Assembly: GCA_963758365.1 (NCBI GenBank)
Contig: CAVWVB010000001.1
Coordinates: 248,428 to 312,427, forward strand
Reading direction: 5' to 3'
Source: an uncultured Gammaproteobacteria bacterium
GTDB lineage: Bacteria; Pseudomonadota; Gammaproteobacteria; Xanthomonadales; Rhodanobacteraceae
DNA: 64,000 bases
A program made the position numbers and the translations under genes. This document shows, piece by piece, positions 62,641-64,000 of this stretch. Under the pieces are notes generated by a model. The model worked only from the letters and a program-made list of their open reading frames with translations. It made no database searches and was not told the origin of the DNA. Positions within the stretch are counted from its first letter, which is position 1; each line of letters starts with the position of its first letter.

Positions 62641-63204
62641 ATGACACCTGCCGCCCTGGCTCCCGCCGCAACTGCGATGCTCCTCGGCCTGCTCCTGTAC
62701 CGGCGTTTCCGGCGCCTGTTCGGGCGCCAGCGGGTGCAGCCGAAACGAATGCGGCTGCGAGTCGCGCTCCTCGGGTTCGTCGGTGCCCTGCTGCTGCTGG
62801 GCGGGATGCGGCACACCGACATTGCGCTGGCCGCGATCGCGGGCCTCGCGGGCGGGGCCGCGCTCGCGTCGTTGGGCCTGCGCCTGACGCGATTCGAGCG
62901 TACGCCGCAGGGGCAGTTCTATACGCCGCACGGAGGCATCGGCCTCGCCTTGTCGGTGCTGCTGCTCGGTCGCCTCGCGTACCGCTTCTACGTGGTCTAT
63001 CCAGCTCTGCAGGCGAACCGGTCGGCCGCTGCCGATCCGTTTTCCGGAGTCGCAGCCAGCCCGTTGACCGCGGCCATGCTGGCCCTGCTGATCGCTTACT
63101 ACATTGCCTACACCATCGGCGTGCTGATACGCAGCGGCAAGGACCGCGGCAAGCCGGCTGCGGACACTCCGGATCAGGCCGCTTCGCCGCCTTCGGGCCC
63201 GTAG
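62641..63204 (+). CDS. hypothetical membrane protein
   Basis: Start MTPAALAPAATAMLLGLLLY inside ORF 62455..63204. 4-5 hydrophobic helices. No family recognised. Confidence 0.5.
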   Translation: MTPAALAPAATAMLLGLLLYRRFRRLFGRQRVQPKRMRLRVALLGFVGALLLLGGMRHTDIALAAIAGLAGGAALASLGLRLTRFERTPQGQFYTPHGGIGLALSVLLLGRLAYRFYVVYPALQANRSAAADPFSGVAASPLTAAMLALLIAYYIAYTIGVLIRSGKDRGKPAADTPDQAASPPSGP

Positions 63205-63509
63205 AAGACCACCCATAGCGCGAGGTCGTCGCTGAACCGCTCGAAGCGGTGCACGACTCGGGCCGGCGCGAACAGCGCATCGCCACGCCCGAATCGCGTG
63301 CGCGTGTCCGCGCAGACGAACTCACCCGAGCCTTCGACGACGATGTAGAGCTCGTCGCGCGCATGCGGCTGCTGTGGATCATGTCCGCGCGGCGCATACA
63401 CCTCGAGGAGCAGGCTCGCGTGCTCGAACGCGCTCGCAAAGCGCTTGCCGTCGGCGATCGGCAGGCGCGCAAGCGTGTCCGCGAAATTGATCACGGCACC
63501 GCGTTTCAT
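63174..63509 (-). CDS. cupin domain protein
   Basis: 111 aa. HARDELYIVVEGSGEF...GDALFAPARVVHRF is the two-motif cupin signature. Confidence 0.8.
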   Translation of the reverse strand: MKRGAVINFADTLARLPIADGKRFASAFEHASLLLEVYAPRGHDPQQPHARDELYIVVEGSGEFVCADTRTRFGRGDALFAPARVVHRFERFSDDLALWVVFYGPEGGEAA

Positions 63510-63973
63510 CGCGGCGGCGCCTCGACGCGGATTGCGGTCTTCACCGAGTTCGCGATGAAGCAGCGCTCGTGGGCGGCTTCATGCAGTGCCTCGATTTCGT
63601 GCGCGTTCGGCGCCTGCCCGCCCGCGAATTCGATGCGCGGATGCAGCACGACTTCGCCGATCGCCTGGCGCTGCGGCGCAATGCGCGCCATTGCGCCGAC
63701 CGCATCGTCGGCATAGCTGTCGACGATGAAACCGCGCTCGGCGGCGAGCGCAAGGAACCAGAGCATGTGGCAGCTCGCGATCGCGGCAACGAATGCCTCT
63801 TCCGGATCGACGGCCGCGGCGTCCGACCACGGGGCCGGCACGACCTGCGGCGAAGGCGATGCGGGAATCGTGATTCCGCCATCGAAGCGCCACTCGTGCC
63901 GGCGCGAATAGTGGCCGCTTGCGAAGTCGGCGTCGCCGCGACGCCAGAGTATCGTTGCGTTGTGCGCGCTCAT
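63506..63973 (-). CDS. OsmC/Ohr-family peroxiredoxin-like protein
   Basis: PEEAFVAAIASCHMLWFLALA ... EAAHERCFIANSV: the two conserved Cys regions of the OsmC family. 4-nt overlap with the cupin gene. Confidence 0.85.
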   Translation of the reverse strand: MSAHNATILWRRGDADFASGHYSRRHEWRFDGGITIPASPSPQVVPAPWSDAAAVDPEEAFVAAIASCHMLWFLALAAERGFIVDSYADDAVGAMARIAPQRQAIGEVVLHPRIEFAGGQAPNAHEIEALHEAAHERCFIANSVKTAIRVEAPPR

Positions 63974-64000
63974 GACGGGTCTCGATCGCTGCCGGTCCGG

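Overview
High-GC (roughly 68-70% by eye) gammaproteobacterial chromosome segment. Gene order and the CGATTCC heptamer and GTAGGTCAGGTCGGC REP repeats suggest Xanthomonadales/Lysobacterales. Left third (1-20 kb): conserved cell-envelope block thiE/rubredoxin, DUF192, PfkB kinase, mreBCD-mrdA-rodA, an inserted LTA-synthase/sulfatase-like gene, mltB-rlpA-dacA-ybeD-lipB-lipA, prc. Middle (20-31.5 kb): M17 aminopeptidase, HAD hydrolase, PstS-like binding protein with a histone-H1-like tail, DegP, and a class II ribonucleotide reductase locus. nrdJa carries a 494-codon LAGLIDADG intein and is separated from nrdJb by two Ala/Lys-repeat genes. From 31.5 to about 39.9 kb the composition becomes visibly more A/T-rich. 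This mosaic island holds a GIY-YIG/DUF4357 nuclease, an archaeal-type TrmY/DUF358 SPOUT methyltransferase homolog, a secreted protein, a polytopic membrane protein plus a truncated duplicate of its 3' end, an ECF sigma/ZAS-like anti-sigma pair, a secreted beta-propeller and a LuxR-VOC fusion. It is punctuated by a short GGGGTCAGAGTGCAYTTT-type motif. Right third: Tat-signal class A beta-lactamase, LuxR/DUF4199/DoxX, FUSC, GST, hydrolases, rimB-rimK-M14 deacylase cluster, peroxiredoxin-like protein, TPR-sulfotransferase, NfeD-stomatin pair, beta-helix protein, a 7-unit 47-bp REP-derived tandem array, putative adhesin, NYN-LOTUS protein, cupin, OsmC. I saw no rRNA, tRNA, CRISPR, transposase or integrase. 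Many long ORFs in the track are antisense or off-frame artefacts typical of high-GC DNA. All homology calls rest on motif recognition by eye, not database searches.
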